Below are positions 17,829 through 27,295 of a DNA stretch of 64,000 bases, piece after piece. Source of the DNA: Patescibacteria group bacterium (GTDB taxonomy: Bacteria; Patescibacteriota; SICC01); assembly GCA_040902515.1 (NCBI GenBank), contig JBBDXB010000006.1, positions 194,219-258,218 of the forward strand. Reading direction: 5' to 3'. The notes below the pieces were generated by a model, which had not been told where the DNA came from, did not search any database, and saw only the letters and a list, made by a program, of their open reading frames with translations. Within the stretch, counting starts at the first letter, position 1. The number at the start of each line of letters is the position of its first letter. The position numbers and the translations under genes are program-made.

Positions 17829-18049
17829 TGGCAGCCGAACGACCGAAGCATAAGCGCTGCTTGTTTTGCAGCAAAGGACTGGACGTCATCGACTACAAGG
17901 ACGTCCGGCTGCTGTCGCGGTTCGTGAGTCCGTACGGGAAGATCGATTCCCGCCGGCGCTCCGGCAATTGCGCCAAGCACCAGCGCATGGTCGCGCGGGC
18001 GATCAAGCGCTCACGCCTGGCCGCGCTGATGCCGTACACCTCGCGCTGA
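17828..18049 (+). CDS. rpsR: 30S ribosomal protein S18
   Basis: 73 aa; MAAERPKHKRCLFCSKGLDVIDYKDVRLLSRFVSPYGKI. Confidence 0.9.
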   Translation: MAAERPKHKRCLFCSKGLDVIDYKDVRLLSRFVSPYGKIDSRRRSGNCAKHQRMVARAIKRSRLAALMPYTSR

Positions 18050-18606
18050 TGCTCGGAATCACCGACCTCAAGACGAATACCAAGATCGAGCTCGACGGCG
18101 AGCCGTACGTGGTGCTGTCCTACCAGCACTCCAAGATGGGACGGGGCGGGGCGATCGTCCGGACCAAGCTCAAGAACCTGAGGACCGGAGCGACGCTCCA
18201 GAAGACGTTCCAAGGCAGCGAAAAGGTGAAACCGGCCGTACTCTCCACCCGGGCCGGACAGTTCCTCTTCCGCCGGGGCGATATGCTGACCTTCATGGAC
18301 ACCGGCTCCTACGAGCAGCATGCCGTGCCGGCCGAGACGCTCGGCAAACAATCCGAGTTCCTCACCGAAGGTATGGATACCGAACTGCTGGTCCACGGCG
18401 ATTCGGTGATCGGCGTGGAGCTGCCGATCAAGGCGACGTTCGCCGTAACGGAAACCGATCCGGGCCTGAAGGGCGATACGGCCAGCGGCGGATCGAAGCC
18501 GGCGACGCTCGAAACCGGCGCCGTCGTGAACATCCCGCTCTTCGTACAGCCGGGTGACCGGATCCGCGTCGACACCCGCACCGGCACCTACGTCGAACGC
18601 GCGTAA
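18049..18606 (+). CDS. efp: elongation factor P
   Basis: Start trimmed to the ATG overlapping the rpsR stop (tgATG); MLGITDLKTNTKIELDGEPYVVLSYQHSKMGRGGAIVRTKLKNL...; 185 aa. Confidence 0.85.
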   Translation: MLGITDLKTNTKIELDGEPYVVLSYQHSKMGRGGAIVRTKLKNLRTGATLQKTFQGSEKVKPAVLSTRAGQFLFRRGDMLTFMDTGSYEQHAVPAETLGKQSEFLTEGMDTELLVHGDSVIGVELPIKATFAVTETDPGLKGDTASGGSKPATLETGAVVNIPLFVQPGDRIRVDTRTGTYVERA

Positions 18607-18671
18607 CGGGACCGGCTGCCAGCGCGTGTAGTCCGAGCCGCTCCCGCGTAGAATGAACCTGCGAGGGGCAT

Positions 18672-20063
18672 ATGACACACAGAGAATTACCGCGCTGGAA
18701 GAAAGTCATGTATGGGATACTGGCTGCTTTGGTGCTAGCGGCGATCATCGCCGGCATCCTCTACCTGCGCGGCCGTCAGCCTGAACCGGTGCCAACACCA
18801 ACCCCTGCACCGGAAAGCACCGAAACGCCGCGCGGTCTTTCGAATGAACGGTTCGGGCAACGTGCCCGGCCGCTGGCCACGGCCAACGTGGACGTCGGGG
18901 TTCTCACCGTCCGGATCAGGGAGCAGACCCCCGGACCGTCTCCGGCCGGCCGGACCGACCTCCGGAACCGGCTCGGACCGATCGCCCAGCTGGCGCCGCC
19001 GGAGTCCGTCCAATACCCGTCTCCCGTCGCGACGGCGGAGAGCGAATCGTTGCGATCGGTCCCGACCGCCCTGCCGTCTGCTACGCCGACTCCCGAACCG
19101 CTGCCGTCCTTCGAACCGCCCCCTGACGCCCCCGCACCGGAAACCCGCGAGTTCGCGATCGCGTACGCCAAGGGCGACATCGGCAAGCGGCAGATCTACC
19201 TCCGCTCCGTCGAGCGTGACCGGGACGACCAGCTTGTCAGCTCCGTCTTCGACGACTACGGGGTGGCGTTCTCCAGCGCCACCCAGAAGATTGCCTTCTA
19301 TTCCAACGAGGAAGGCGCTTCCGACGAGACGCGCAACCGTTCCAAGCTGAAGGTCGTGGACATCGCGACCCGGAAGGTCGTCACCATCGCCTCGAACCTC
19401 CCCGGCACCTGGCCGGCGGCCTGGTCGCCGGACGGAAAGCGTCTGGCGATTCCGGCCGAACGGTCGATCTTCGTCGCCGATACCACGAGCGGCGACGTGC
19501 AACGGATTGCGGTACCGGAAGGTCCCGGCGGGCTGGTCTGGGCGCCGGACGGGGTCACGCTCTATTTCCAGATCGAGGTCGCGGAGGGTAATCACGACAT
19601 CCACGCCGCCAACGCGGTCACCGGCGAGGCGAAAGCCGTCGTGAGCACGCCACGCAACGAGTATGATGCCTCCCTTTCCCTGGACGGCTCCCGGCTGAAC
19701 TTCCTCCGCGCGCAGGATCGCGGTGGCGCGCTGCTGGTCATGCGGACGCTGGAGAACGATGAGGAACAGAGCTTCGCCCAGACGCAGCCGGCCCATTCCT
19801 ACCTCGTGAACCGGGACTCTGACGCGACGGTGTTGGTGCGGGGCAGTAAGCCCGCGCTCGTACTCTTCAAGGACGGTACGGTGAAGACCTTCGGTTCGCT
19901 CAAGAATCCCGTCCTCGCCGGATGGGATCGCGATTACGGACACGTCCTGGTAATCGCGGACGACGACCGCGGCCGGGCGCTGTTCTCGGTCGAGCTGGGA
20001 AGCGGCGACACCCAGAAACTCAAGGCCGGCGTGTCCGATACCGTCCCCGTCTCCCGCCGATGA
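18672..20063 (+). CDS. membrane-anchored TolB-like beta-propeller protein with a Pro/Thr-rich linker
   Basis: 463 aa; N-terminal TM; PD40/WD40-like repeats (AWSPDGKRLA, VWAPDGVTLYF). Confidence 0.6.
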   Translation: MTHRELPRWKKVMYGILAALVLAAIIAGILYLRGRQPEPVPTPTPAPESTETPRGLSNERFGQRARPLATANVDVGVLTVRIREQTPGPSPAGRTDLRNRLGPIAQLAPPESVQYPSPVATAESESLRSVPTALPSATPTPEPLPSFEPPPDAPAPETREFAIAYAKGDIGKRQIYLRSVERDRDDQLVSSVFDDYGVAFSSATQKIAFYSNEEGASDETRNRSKLKVVDIATRKVVTIASNLPGTWPAAWSPDGKRLAIPAERSIFVADTTSGDVQRIAVPEGPGGLVWAPDGVTLYFQIEVAEGNHDIHAANAVTGEAKAVVSTPRNEYDASLSLDGSRLNFLRAQDRGGALLVMRTLENDEEQSFAQTQPAHSYLVNRDSDATVLVRGSKPALVLFKDGTVKTFGSLKNPVLAGWDRDYGHVLVIADDDRGRALFSVELGSGDTQKLKAGVSDTVPVSRR

Positions 20064-20794
20064 AGAAGCGCCGGGCCGATGCACACGTCGCGGAAACGCT
20101 CGGTGTCAGCCGTACCAAGGCCCAGGCGTTGATTATGGCCGGTTCCGTGCGGGTCGGTGATGCACCGGTCCGCAAGCCCGGGCAGCCCGTCGACGCGACG
20201 GCACCCGTGGCCAGTGACGAAAAACGTCCGTACGTGAGCCGTGCGGCCGGCAAGCTGGCCGCCGCCCTGGACGCCTGGCCGATCAGGATCGAAGGGCGCA
20301 TCATGCTCGATGTCGGTGCCTCGACCGGCGGCTTCACCCAATTGGCGCTCGAACGCGGCGCCCGGAAGGTCGTGGCCGTGGATGTGGGTACCGGGCAACT
20401 CGACTGGAAGCTCCGGAAGGATCCCCGCGTGACCGTGCTGGAAGGAACCGACATCCGGAATCTCCGAGAGCTGCCGGAAGCGGCGGACCTGGCCGTCATC
20501 GACGTCAGTTTCATCGGCCTTCGCGGCGTGCTGCCGGCCACGGCCGCCCTGCTGCCGCCGCAAACCCCCGTGGTCGCTCTTTTCAAACCGCAGTTCGAGG
20601 TCGGGCGGGCGGAGGCCAGCCGCGGCAAGGGAGTGATCAGGAATCCGGACACGATCATGACCGCACTCGGAGACCTGACGGCGTGGCTGTCGGAGCATGG
20701 TTGGACCGTCGAGGAGACCATGCCGTCCCCGGTCCGGGGCACCAAGGGAAACCGGGAACAGCTGCTCCGATTGGCGACACCGGGCGGATCCTGA
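20060..20794 (+). CDS. tlyA: TlyA family rRNA 2'-O-methyltransferase (S4 domain plus FtsJ-like methyltransferase)
   Basis: Start trimmed to MKKRRADAHVAETLGVSRTKAQALI (S4 domain), ATGA overlap with the upstream gene; SAM-binding LDVGASTGGFTQ. Confidence 0.8.
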   Translation: MKKRRADAHVAETLGVSRTKAQALIMAGSVRVGDAPVRKPGQPVDATAPVASDEKRPYVSRAAGKLAAALDAWPIRIEGRIMLDVGASTGGFTQLALERGARKVVAVDVGTGQLDWKLRKDPRVTVLEGTDIRNLRELPEAADLAVIDVSFIGLRGVLPATAALLPPQTPVVALFKPQFEVGRAEASRGKGVIRNPDTIMTALGDLTAWLSEHGWTVEETMPSPVRGTKGNREQLLRLATPGGS

Positions 20795-20837
20795 TCCGGA
20801 TGGCTGCCCCGGCCACCGTAACCGATACAATAAGGGC

Positions 20838-21347
20838 ATGCTGTTCCTGCTTACCGACATCATCGGACGGCCGGTAATCGCGATGCCGGACGGTACGCCG
20901 CTCGGCACGATCGACGAGCCTGTCTTCGACGCCGCACGCGGCAAGATCGTGGCATACCGTTTGAAGGGACGGCCGAAGCACTTGCTCTCGACCGTGGATG
21001 TCTCCTCGTATCCCGAGGACGCGGTCGGTGCCAGTGGTGCGGATGTCGCACAGACCGCCGATGACCTGCCGGCGATCAAGCCGCTGCTCGAACGACCGGT
21101 ACGGCTGCTCGGCACCACCGCGGTCTCGGAGTCCGGCAAGCGGCTGGGACGGGTCAAGGAATGCACGGTCGAAACCGAGGGCCACTTCCTGGCAAAACTG
21201 CACATCGTGCCGCCGCTATGGCGCCCCGCGGCACGGGAGCTGATCCTTCCCCGCGAGGCGGTGCTCCGGTTCGAACGGAAGCGGGTCATCGTGCGATATG
21301 ATGGAAAAGTTCGGCCGGCCGAATTCGAGCCGGAAACCGCGCCGTAA
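20838..21347 (+). CDS. PRC-barrel domain protein (two PRC repeats)
   Basis: Start trimmed to MLFLLTDIIGRPVIAMPDGTPLGTIDE...; second repeat LLGTTAVSESGKRLGRVKECTV. Confidence 0.6.
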   Translation: MLFLLTDIIGRPVIAMPDGTPLGTIDEPVFDAARGKIVAYRLKGRPKHLLSTVDVSSYPEDAVGASGADVAQTADDLPAIKPLLERPVRLLGTTAVSESGKRLGRVKECTVETEGHFLAKLHIVPPLWRPAARELILPREAVLRFERKRVIVRYDGKVRPAEFEPETAP

Positions 21348-21349
21348 CC

Positions 21350-21748
21350 ATGAACATCGCCATGCTGACCCAGGACCGACACGCCCGCCAGTTCGTGAAA
21401 TTCGTACTGGTCGGCCTGATGACCACCGCCATCAACTTCGCGGTGTACGGTGCTCTGCTCTGGTTCGGCGTCTTCTATATCGTCGCGGCGATTATCGCCT
21501 TCGTCGTCGCCACGCTGAACAGCTATACGCTGAACCGGATCTGGACGTTCCGGGCGGGGGTCCACCGCGTCCGGAAGCTCGCCAAGTTCACGGCGGTACA
21601 GACGATCGGACTCTCGCTCAACCTGGCCGGACTGGTGTTCCTGGTCGAGGTCGTCGGACTGCACGCGTTTCCCGCGCAGGTGATCGCCAACGGCCTGGTC
21701 GTGCTCTCGAACTTCGCCGGCAACAAGTTCTGGACGTTCCGCATATGA
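21350..21748 (+). CDS. GtrA family membrane protein (polysaccharide biosynthesis/flippase-associated)
   Basis: 132 aa; four TM helices; GtrA-like FVKFVLVGLMTTAINFAVY and NKFWTFR motifs. Confidence 0.75.
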   Translation: MNIAMLTQDRHARQFVKFVLVGLMTTAINFAVYGALLWFGVFYIVAAIIAFVVATLNSYTLNRIWTFRAGVHRVRKLAKFTAVQTIGLSLNLAGLVFLVEVVGLHAFPAQVIANGLVVLSNFAGNKFWTFRI

Positions 21749-22326
21749 ACCGCTGGCCACGCCGGATCACCCTGATATTCGTCGTCTTCGCCACCACGGT
21801 CATGCTGGCAACGGTCGGGCTGGGCTGGTTCATCGCGCCGCGCGACGAGCTGCGAAGGACGGACGCGATCGTCGTGGTATCCGGCGGAGAAACGGAATCG
21901 CGGGCGGAGACCGGCATCTCGTTGTGGCACCGGGGACTGGCGCCGCGGCTGGTCTTCTCCGGCGCCGCTGCCGACCGCGGGACCTCGAACGCCAGGGTGA
22001 TGCAGCAACTGGCGGTCGAGTCCGGAGTTCCCCCGTCCGCGACGATCATCGAAGAGCAGTCGAGCACGACGAAAGAGAACGCCGAGTTCCTGAAGCCGAC
22101 GTTCGAAGCGCAGAACATCCGTTCCGCGATCCTGGTCACGTCGCCATACCATGCCCGACGGGTGAAGGTAACGTTCGAGGATACGTTCGGTGATGAGATC
22201 TCATTCCTGACCTATCCGGCGACCGACAGCCGCTGGGCCCGGCGTTCCTGGTGGCACCATCCCGACACGATCCGGCTGACGCTGTCGGAGGCCGGTAAGA
22301 CATTCTACGCCACGTTCCTCGATTAA
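21745..22326 (+). CDS. DUF218/YdcF-like (SanA/ElyC family) membrane-anchored protein
   Basis: Start trimmed to MNRWPRRITLIFVV... (ATGA overlap with gtrA); DAIVVVSGGETESRAETGISLWHRG and SPYHARR motifs. Confidence 0.7.
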   Translation: MNRWPRRITLIFVVFATTVMLATVGLGWFIAPRDELRRTDAIVVVSGGETESRAETGISLWHRGLAPRLVFSGAAADRGTSNARVMQQLAVESGVPPSATIIEEQSSTTKENAEFLKPTFEAQNIRSAILVTSPYHARRVKVTFEDTFGDEISFLTYPATDSRWARRSWWHHPDTIRLTLSEAGKTFYATFLD

Positions 22327-22376
22327 CCTGGGCTCGAAGAAGCTGCCGGGTATAATAATGAGGTTCGTCGCACCTC

Positions 22377-22450
22377 GGGCAATTAGCTCAGTCGGCTAGA
22401 GCGCCGCATTCACATTGCGGAGGTCGCTGGTTCGAGTCCAGCATTGCCCA
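22377..22450 (+). tRNA. tRNA-Val (anticodon CAC); CCA not encoded
   Basis: GGGCAAT acceptor, D-arm GCTCAGTCGGCTAGAGC, anticodon arm CCGCA-TTCACAT-TGCGG, T-arm GCTGG-TTCGAGT-CCAGC; a TATAAT box lies 20 nt upstream. Confidence 0.9.
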
Positions 22451-22486
22451 CACCGGAACACACCGGAACCGCTCGAAAAGAATAAA

Positions 22487-22528
22487 GGCCCGGAAGGTAT
22501 GGCTGCATGTGCAGACACCTTCCGGGCC
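22487..22528. terminator. bidirectional GC-rich hairpin between tRNA-Val (+) and the desaturase gene (-)
   Basis: ggcccggaaggt ...loop... accttccgggcc, with the inner palindrome ctgcatgtgcag in the loop. Confidence 0.55.
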
Positions 22529-22542
22529 TTATGATAGGTCGA

Positions 22543-23523
22543 CTAGGCAGCGGATGTTCCGGAGAGCTGCCCGGCATCTTCGGTGACGACCGAAGTCTCA
22601 GCCAACCATTGCCGGATTTGCTCCTGGCTCGGCTCCTGTACGTCCCAGACGAATCCGAGTTTCTCGAACGCCTTGATGACGTACCACGAGAAGTCGAGCT
22701 GCCCGGGAAATATGCCGTGCCGGGCAGACCGGGAATCCTGGTGATGGTTATGATGCCATCCCTCCCCCCAGGCCAGCAGGCCGACCACCCAGTTGTTGGT
22801 GCTCCATCCGGTCTTCCGGTTGATTCCGAACGGACGGCTGCCGAACACGTGGCAGACCGAGTTCACCGACCAGGTGATGTGCTGGGTAAGCGCCAACCGT
22901 ACCGGACCGGCCCAGAACGCCGTCCGCAGCCCGCCGCGCACGGAGCGCTTACGCAACGCTCCCACCGTGAACGGGATGGCGAAGAGGCTCAGGAACGAGA
23001 TCTTTCCGAAATGGCGATCGACTGCCATCACCTCCTCATCCTTCAGGATGTCCGGAGCGTGCTTCTCGATCGACGACTGGTCCATCGAAAAGAGCCAGCC
23101 GACATGGGCATGACCCATTCCGGCCGCCTTGCCCAGGATGCCCGGGAACGAAGAGAGGTGCGGACTGTGCGGATCCCCCTCCCGGTCCGTGAATGCATGG
23201 TGCTTCCGATGATCACCGACCCAGTGGCTGGGTTGTCCCTGGACGGCCATCGAACCCATCACGGTGAAGAGATTCCGTAGCCAGGGACGTGCCTTGAAGC
23301 CCTGATGAGTCAGCATGCGGTGATAGCCGACGGTGATTCCCAGTGAGCCGATCACGTGCATGACCGCCAGCATGGCGAGGTCCGTACCGCCGATCTTCTC
23401 CCGTTTCCAAAGCCTTCGGATACCGGTAGCGAGGGCGACCGGGGGTGCGACGACGAATACCGTCAGCGCTGCCCGGTCCGCGGACGTTTGATCCCCGGCC
23501 AGCCCATGGTCCTGTGTCTGCAT
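22543..23523 (-). CDS. acyl-CoA/acyl-lipid desaturase (membrane fatty-acid desaturase)
   Basis: Start trimmed to MQTQDHGL... (AGGAGG SD 5 nt upstream); His boxes HRMLTH, HRKHH and HNHHQ. Confidence 0.85.
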   Translation of the reverse strand: MQTQDHGLAGDQTSADRAALTVFVVAPPVALATGIRRLWKREKIGGTDLAMLAVMHVIGSLGITVGYHRMLTHQGFKARPWLRNLFTVMGSMAVQGQPSHWVGDHRKHHAFTDREGDPHSPHLSSFPGILGKAAGMGHAHVGWLFSMDQSSIEKHAPDILKDEEVMAVDRHFGKISFLSLFAIPFTVGALRKRSVRGGLRTAFWAGPVRLALTQHITWSVNSVCHVFGSRPFGINRKTGWSTNNWVVGLLAWGEGWHHNHHQDSRSARHGIFPGQLDFSWYVIKAFEKLGFVWDVQEPSQEQIRQWLAETSVVTEDAGQLSGTSAA

Positions 23524-23678
23524 ATGCTCCTCCTTGTGAGCCGGCCGAACGGCCGCGATGAACGAAGAGTTAAGCTGCATCTCCAAACTAGCCTGACGCT
23601 GAAGGTTAGGCCAGCATTCGATGATACTATTGATGCATCCGGCGACCAACCTACGATTGACGGCCGGTACTTTGCATC

Positions 23679-24233
23679 ATGAGAAAGCCCCGGGCAAATC
23701 TTCGGCAGATGTTTAGAATAAACGGTGACCAGGCGCGCGCGGTCGGGCGTCGGACGCTTCGCAATCCGGTCATCACCGCCGCGTTGATTATCCTGGCCGC
23801 AGCATTGATTACCCTGATTACCGTGATACTCACCACCCCTCCCGAACTTACCGACGAAGCCCGGGTAACGGTCCGGATAGACCGCGCCGAGGTACTGGCC
23901 GAGGTCGCCGCCTCGGCGGAAAAACAGGCGCGAGGACTTGGTGGACGGGAATCGCTCGGCAACGGCGAAGGCATGCTGTTCGTGTATGCCGAGGCCGATA
24001 CCCCGAGTTTTTGGATGAAAGGGGTGACGTTTCCGATCGACATCGTATGGATCCGGAGAGACACGGTTACGGACGTGACTGCCGAAGTGCCGCCCCCGAA
24101 ACCCGGTACGCCGGATGCGGAACTACCAAGATACCGTCCGCCGGGACCGGTGGATCGGGTACTCGAAGTGAACGCCGGATGGGCCGAGGAGCATTCGATC
24201 CAGCCGGGCGATCCGGTCAGGATCACTCGCTGA
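23679..24233 (+). CDS. DUF192 domain protein (membrane-anchored)
   Basis: 184 aa; EGMLFVY...FWMKGVTFPIDIVWI DUF192 core; N-terminal TM. Confidence 0.65.
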   Translation: MRKPRANLRQMFRINGDQARAVGRRTLRNPVITAALIILAAALITLITVILTTPPELTDEARVTVRIDRAEVLAEVAASAEKQARGLGGRESLGNGEGMLFVYAEADTPSFWMKGVTFPIDIVWIRRDTVTDVTAEVPPPKPGTPDAELPRYRPPGPVDRVLEVNAGWAEEHSIQPGDPVRITR

Positions 24234-24837
24234 CCACCAGCTCGTCCAACACCGTACGCACCGTAGCGTAGTCGTAGCCGCGGCGGGTCAGGAACGCGCC
24301 CACCTTTCGCCGTGCCTCGTCGGGCGGGATGCCGCGGAACCGATCCAGCCTCCGCCGAGCGAGGGTGGCGGCGGTTTCCGTCTGGTCGGATCCATGCGCA
24401 CCGAGCGCTTCCGTGATAATCTCGTCGGCAACACGGCGCTGCCGGAGTTCGGCCGTAAGCAGGCGCGGGCCGCGGGAGATACCCCTGAAGGCTATCCACT
24501 GCCGGGCGAATGACCGGTCGTCGAGGTAGCCCAGTCTTTGAAGGTGGACACAGACTTCCCCGACAAGCGCGGGCGTGAATCCACGTTCTTTCAGTTTGCG
24601 GGCAAGCTCTCCCGTGCTGTGCGAGCGACGTATCAACAACCGGTATGCCCGGGTCAGTGCTTTGGCAAAACGGTCGCGCTGCTCAAGGTCTGTTAACGCC
24701 TTCTTCGTCAGGATGTCGCCTTCGGAAAGCCCCGCTTCGGTCACCACTCCGGCATCGACCGCAATCAGGAATTTCCCGTCGGCATGCAGATTGTACCGGT
24801 CCCGCTTCTCCTGCTTCTCGATCTTCGTTATTTGCAT
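24223..24837 (-). CDS. recX: regulatory protein RecX
   Basis: 204 aa, immediately downstream of recA; RecX three-repeat helical pattern. Confidence 0.85.
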   Translation of the reverse strand: MQITKIEKQEKRDRYNLHADGKFLIAVDAGVVTEAGLSEGDILTKKALTDLEQRDRFAKALTRAYRLLIRRSHSTGELARKLKERGFTPALVGEVCVHLQRLGYLDDRSFARQWIAFRGISRGPRLLTAELRQRRVADEIITEALGAHGSDQTETAATLARRRLDRFRGIPPDEARRKVGAFLTRRGYDYATVRTVLDELVVSE

Positions 24838-24946
24838 ACCCAGACCCTCGGACCATCCTACCGAAAACGCTTTCTCCCGGGTTTTCCAAAAGAGCGAGTC
24901 GCTGATTCCTGGATCCTAAGCGTTTTCATGCAGGAGGTCCGAGGGT

Positions 24947-26014
24947 TCAGCCTGCAGAAGAACTCGCGGCATCGTTGCGGATTTTCTTCTCGATCTCGGC
25001 GGCAACCTTCGGGTTGTCCTTCAGGAACTGCTTCGCGGCTTCGCGGCCCTGTCCGAGCTTCTGCCCGGCATACTCGAACCAGGAGCCGGACTTGGCGACG
25101 ATTTCCTGGTTCACGCCGAGGTCGAGGATGTCTCCTTCGCGGGAGATGCCGGCTCCGTACATGATGTCGAACTCGGCCATCTTGAACGGCGGAGCCACCT
25201 TGTTCTTCACGACCTTCACCCGCGTTCGGTTTCCGATCACGTTCTCCCCGTCCTTGATCTGTGAGATGCGACGAATGTCGAGCCGGACCGATGAGTAGAA
25301 CTTGAGCGCGTTGCCGCCGGTCGTGGTCTCGGGGCTCCCGAACATGACACCGATCTTCATCCGGATCTGGTTGATGAAGATGACCGTGGTGTTCGAACGG
25401 GAGATCACGCCGGTGAGCTTACGGAGCGCCTGGCTCATCAGCCGGGCATGAAGCCCCATGTGGGAATCGCCCATGTCGCCTTCGATCTCGGCGCGTGGCG
25501 TAAGCGCGGCTACCGAGTCGACCACGATCACGTCCACACCGCCGCTCTTCACAAGCGTCTCGGCGATGTCGAGCGCTTGCTCGCCGGCATCCGGTTGGGA
25601 AATCAGAAGGTCATCGATGTCGACTCCCAGTTTCTTGGCATATTCCGAATCGAACGCGTGCTCCGCGTCGATGAAGGCCGCCTGACCGCCGGTCTTCTGT
25701 ACCTGCGCGATCATATGGCTGGCCAGCGTGGTCTTGCCGCTGGACTCGGGTCCGTAAATCTCGATGATCCGACCCTTGGGAATGCCGCCGACCCCGAGTG
25801 CCAGGTCGAGCGCGAGGGAGCCGGTGGGGATGGTCTCGACGACTATCTTGGAATGCTCGTCGAACCGCATGATCGCGCCCTTGCCGAACTGCTTCTCGAT
25901 CTGCGCCAACGCCATATCCACCGCCTGCGCCTTTTCCTTACGCAGCGCGTCGTCGGTTCCGGGTTTGGCGTCTTTCATCTTGGGGGTGGGCTTCTCAGCG
26001 GCAACTGTTGCCAT
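24947..26014 (-). CDS. recA: recombinase RecA
   Basis: 355 aa; Walker [11 protein letters not shown]1/L2 loop regions, typical RecA sequence throughout. Confidence 0.95.
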   Translation of the reverse strand: MATVAAEKPTPKMKDAKPGTDDALRKEKAQAVDMALAQIEKQFGKGAIMRFDEHSKIVVETIPTGSLALDLALGVGGIPKGRIIEIYGPESSGKTTLASHMIAQVQKTGGQAAFIDAEHAFDSEYAKKLGVDIDDLLISQPDAGEQALDIAETLVKSGGVDVIVVDSVAALTPRAEIEGDMGDSHMGLHARLMSQALRKLTGVISRSNTTVIFINQIRMKIGVMFGSPETTTGGNALKFYSSVRLDIRRISQIKDGENVIGNRTRVKVVKNKVAPPFKMAEFDIMYGAGISREGDILDLGVNQEIVAKSGSWFEYAGQKLGQGREAAKQFLKDNPKVAAEIEKKIRNDAASSSAG

Positions 26015-26108
26015 GATACCGTGCTCCTTTCAGTCGGTTATTGTTGGTTTCTAGCATACTATGGTCGGTCGCTTACTGCAAGCAGCCATAGCGCTATCGG
26101 CTTGTATG

Positions 26109-26142
26109 GATAGATAGTATACAGATGTATACTATCTGTCAA
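26109..26142. promoter_or_regulatory. palindromic operator overlapping the recA promoter (candidate SOS/LexA-like box)
   Basis: TAGATAGTATAC-AGAT-GTATACTATCTG (12-bp arms, 11/12 match). On the minus strand TTGACA (26137-26142) - 17 nt - TACTAT reads as the -35/-10, so the palindrome covers the spacer and -10; a half-site-like CATACTATGG lies at about 26055. Confidence 0.55.
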
Positions 26143-26160
26143 GGATGGCGGAACCGAGCG

Positions 26161-27156
26161 TCAATCCGCTTGGGGGCGCGGGGACGGCGAGGACTTCACG
26201 AAGTCGCTGACCAGGAACTGCACGCCGCGCCGGAATTGTCCTTCTTCGCCGAGCGTACCCCGATCTTCGCCGTTCACGACCATTCGGGTACTGCCGCCAT
26301 TCGAGGTGGTCACGAGCACCCGCTCGCGCGCGGTGAACGTCTGGGTGGTATTGGGCGTCAGCAACCCGCTGAACGTGTTCTTACCGTCGACCTGGAGCTC
26401 CACGAACGCACTGTTCGGGCCGACCCGGAGGATGAACAGCGCCCCGGCGACCTCCGGAGACGAAGTGGGGTTCGGTCCGGGGGACGCCGCCGCGACCACC
26501 ACGGACCGTACTTCCACCCGCTCGCGGCCGTTCGGATCGCGGGCGACGATCCGGAGCGAGTTGGTGCCGGTCGGAAGCGTCACGATCTCGTTAAAGGAGC
26601 CGTCGGTGTCGGTGGGGATCGGCTGGTCGTTGATGAAGACCTGCGCGTCCGGCTCGGTCTGGCCGCGGACTTCCACGCGTTCGTCGTCGACCCGGGCGTC
26701 GACGGCCGGCGCAGCCACCTCCAGGTTCGGCGGCGACGCGAATCCCGTGATCTGCGAGATCAGGTAGCCGACCACGGAGAACAATAGCACCGCGGCAGCG
26801 GCATACCCCAAGGTGCGCGGCGTGATCGTGACCCGCGGCTGCTCGACCGACCGCTTCGGCAACGACAATGCCGGCGGCTGCCGCCCCGAGATACCCCGCT
26901 CCCGTTTGTACTGCGTCAGGACCTCGTCCTCGGGGAATCCCAGGAACTTGGCGTAGTTCTCAAGGAAGCCACGGACATAGACCTCCGCCGGCAGCTCCTC
27001 GTACCTGCCGTTTTCCAGCGCCTTCAGGTACTTCTGCGGGATTTTCGTCTCGCGCGCGATCTGCTCGAACGTCAGCCGGCTCGTCCGCCGGACGGCCTTG
27101 ATCTGCTCCGAGAGCGACTGGTCGCTTTTGAGTTCCCGTTTCTTGAATTGCGGCAT
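26161..27156 (-). CDS. rodZ: RodZ-like cytoskeleton protein (XRE HTH - TM - DUF4115)
   Basis: N-terminal HTH (LSEQIKAVRRTSRLTFEQIARETKIPQKYLKALENG), single TM, Pro-rich linker, C-terminal DUF4115-like domain. Confidence 0.8.
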   Translation of the reverse strand: MPQFKKRELKSDQSLSEQIKAVRRTSRLTFEQIARETKIPQKYLKALENGRYEELPAEVYVRGFLENYAKFLGFPEDEVLTQYKRERGISGRQPPALSLPKRSVEQPRVTITPRTLGYAAAAVLLFSVVGYLISQITGFASPPNLEVAAPAVDARVDDERVEVRGQTEPDAQVFINDQPIPTDTDGSFNEIVTLPTGTNSLRIVARDPNGRERVEVRSVVVAAASPGPNPTSSPEVAGALFILRVGPNSAFVELQVDGKNTFSGLLTPNTTQTFTARERVLVTTSNGGSTRMVVNGEDRGTLGEEGQFRRGVQFLVSDFVKSSPSPRPQAD

Positions 27157-27221
27157 ACATCACTAGGATATCGCATTCCACAGTGGCGACCGCTAGGCCG
27201 CTTGGTTCGCGTCGTGGTACT

Positions 27222-27286
27222 TCACGAAAAAGGAAAGGCCCGGCGAACGTTGGCTGTGAAATGAATCACGGTAACGTCCGCCGGGC
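27222..27286 (-). terminator. intrinsic terminator after P1
   Basis: Minus-strand GCCCGGCGGACGUU...AACGUUCGCCGGGC followed by CUUUCCUUUUUCG; near-identical in architecture to the terminator after P3. Confidence 0.6.
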
Positions 27287-27295
27287 ACATGGTGG

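Noticed and set aside
23297-23340. CUGAUGAG string on the plus strand inside the desaturase gene (antisense)
   Set aside because: No GAAA box or stem II/III partners follow at hammerhead spacing; judged a chance match
23651-24499. Minus-strand ORF 23651..24499 (282 aa)
   Set aside because: Antisense to the DUF192 gene and overlapping recX; Arg/Ser/Gly-rich translation; spurious
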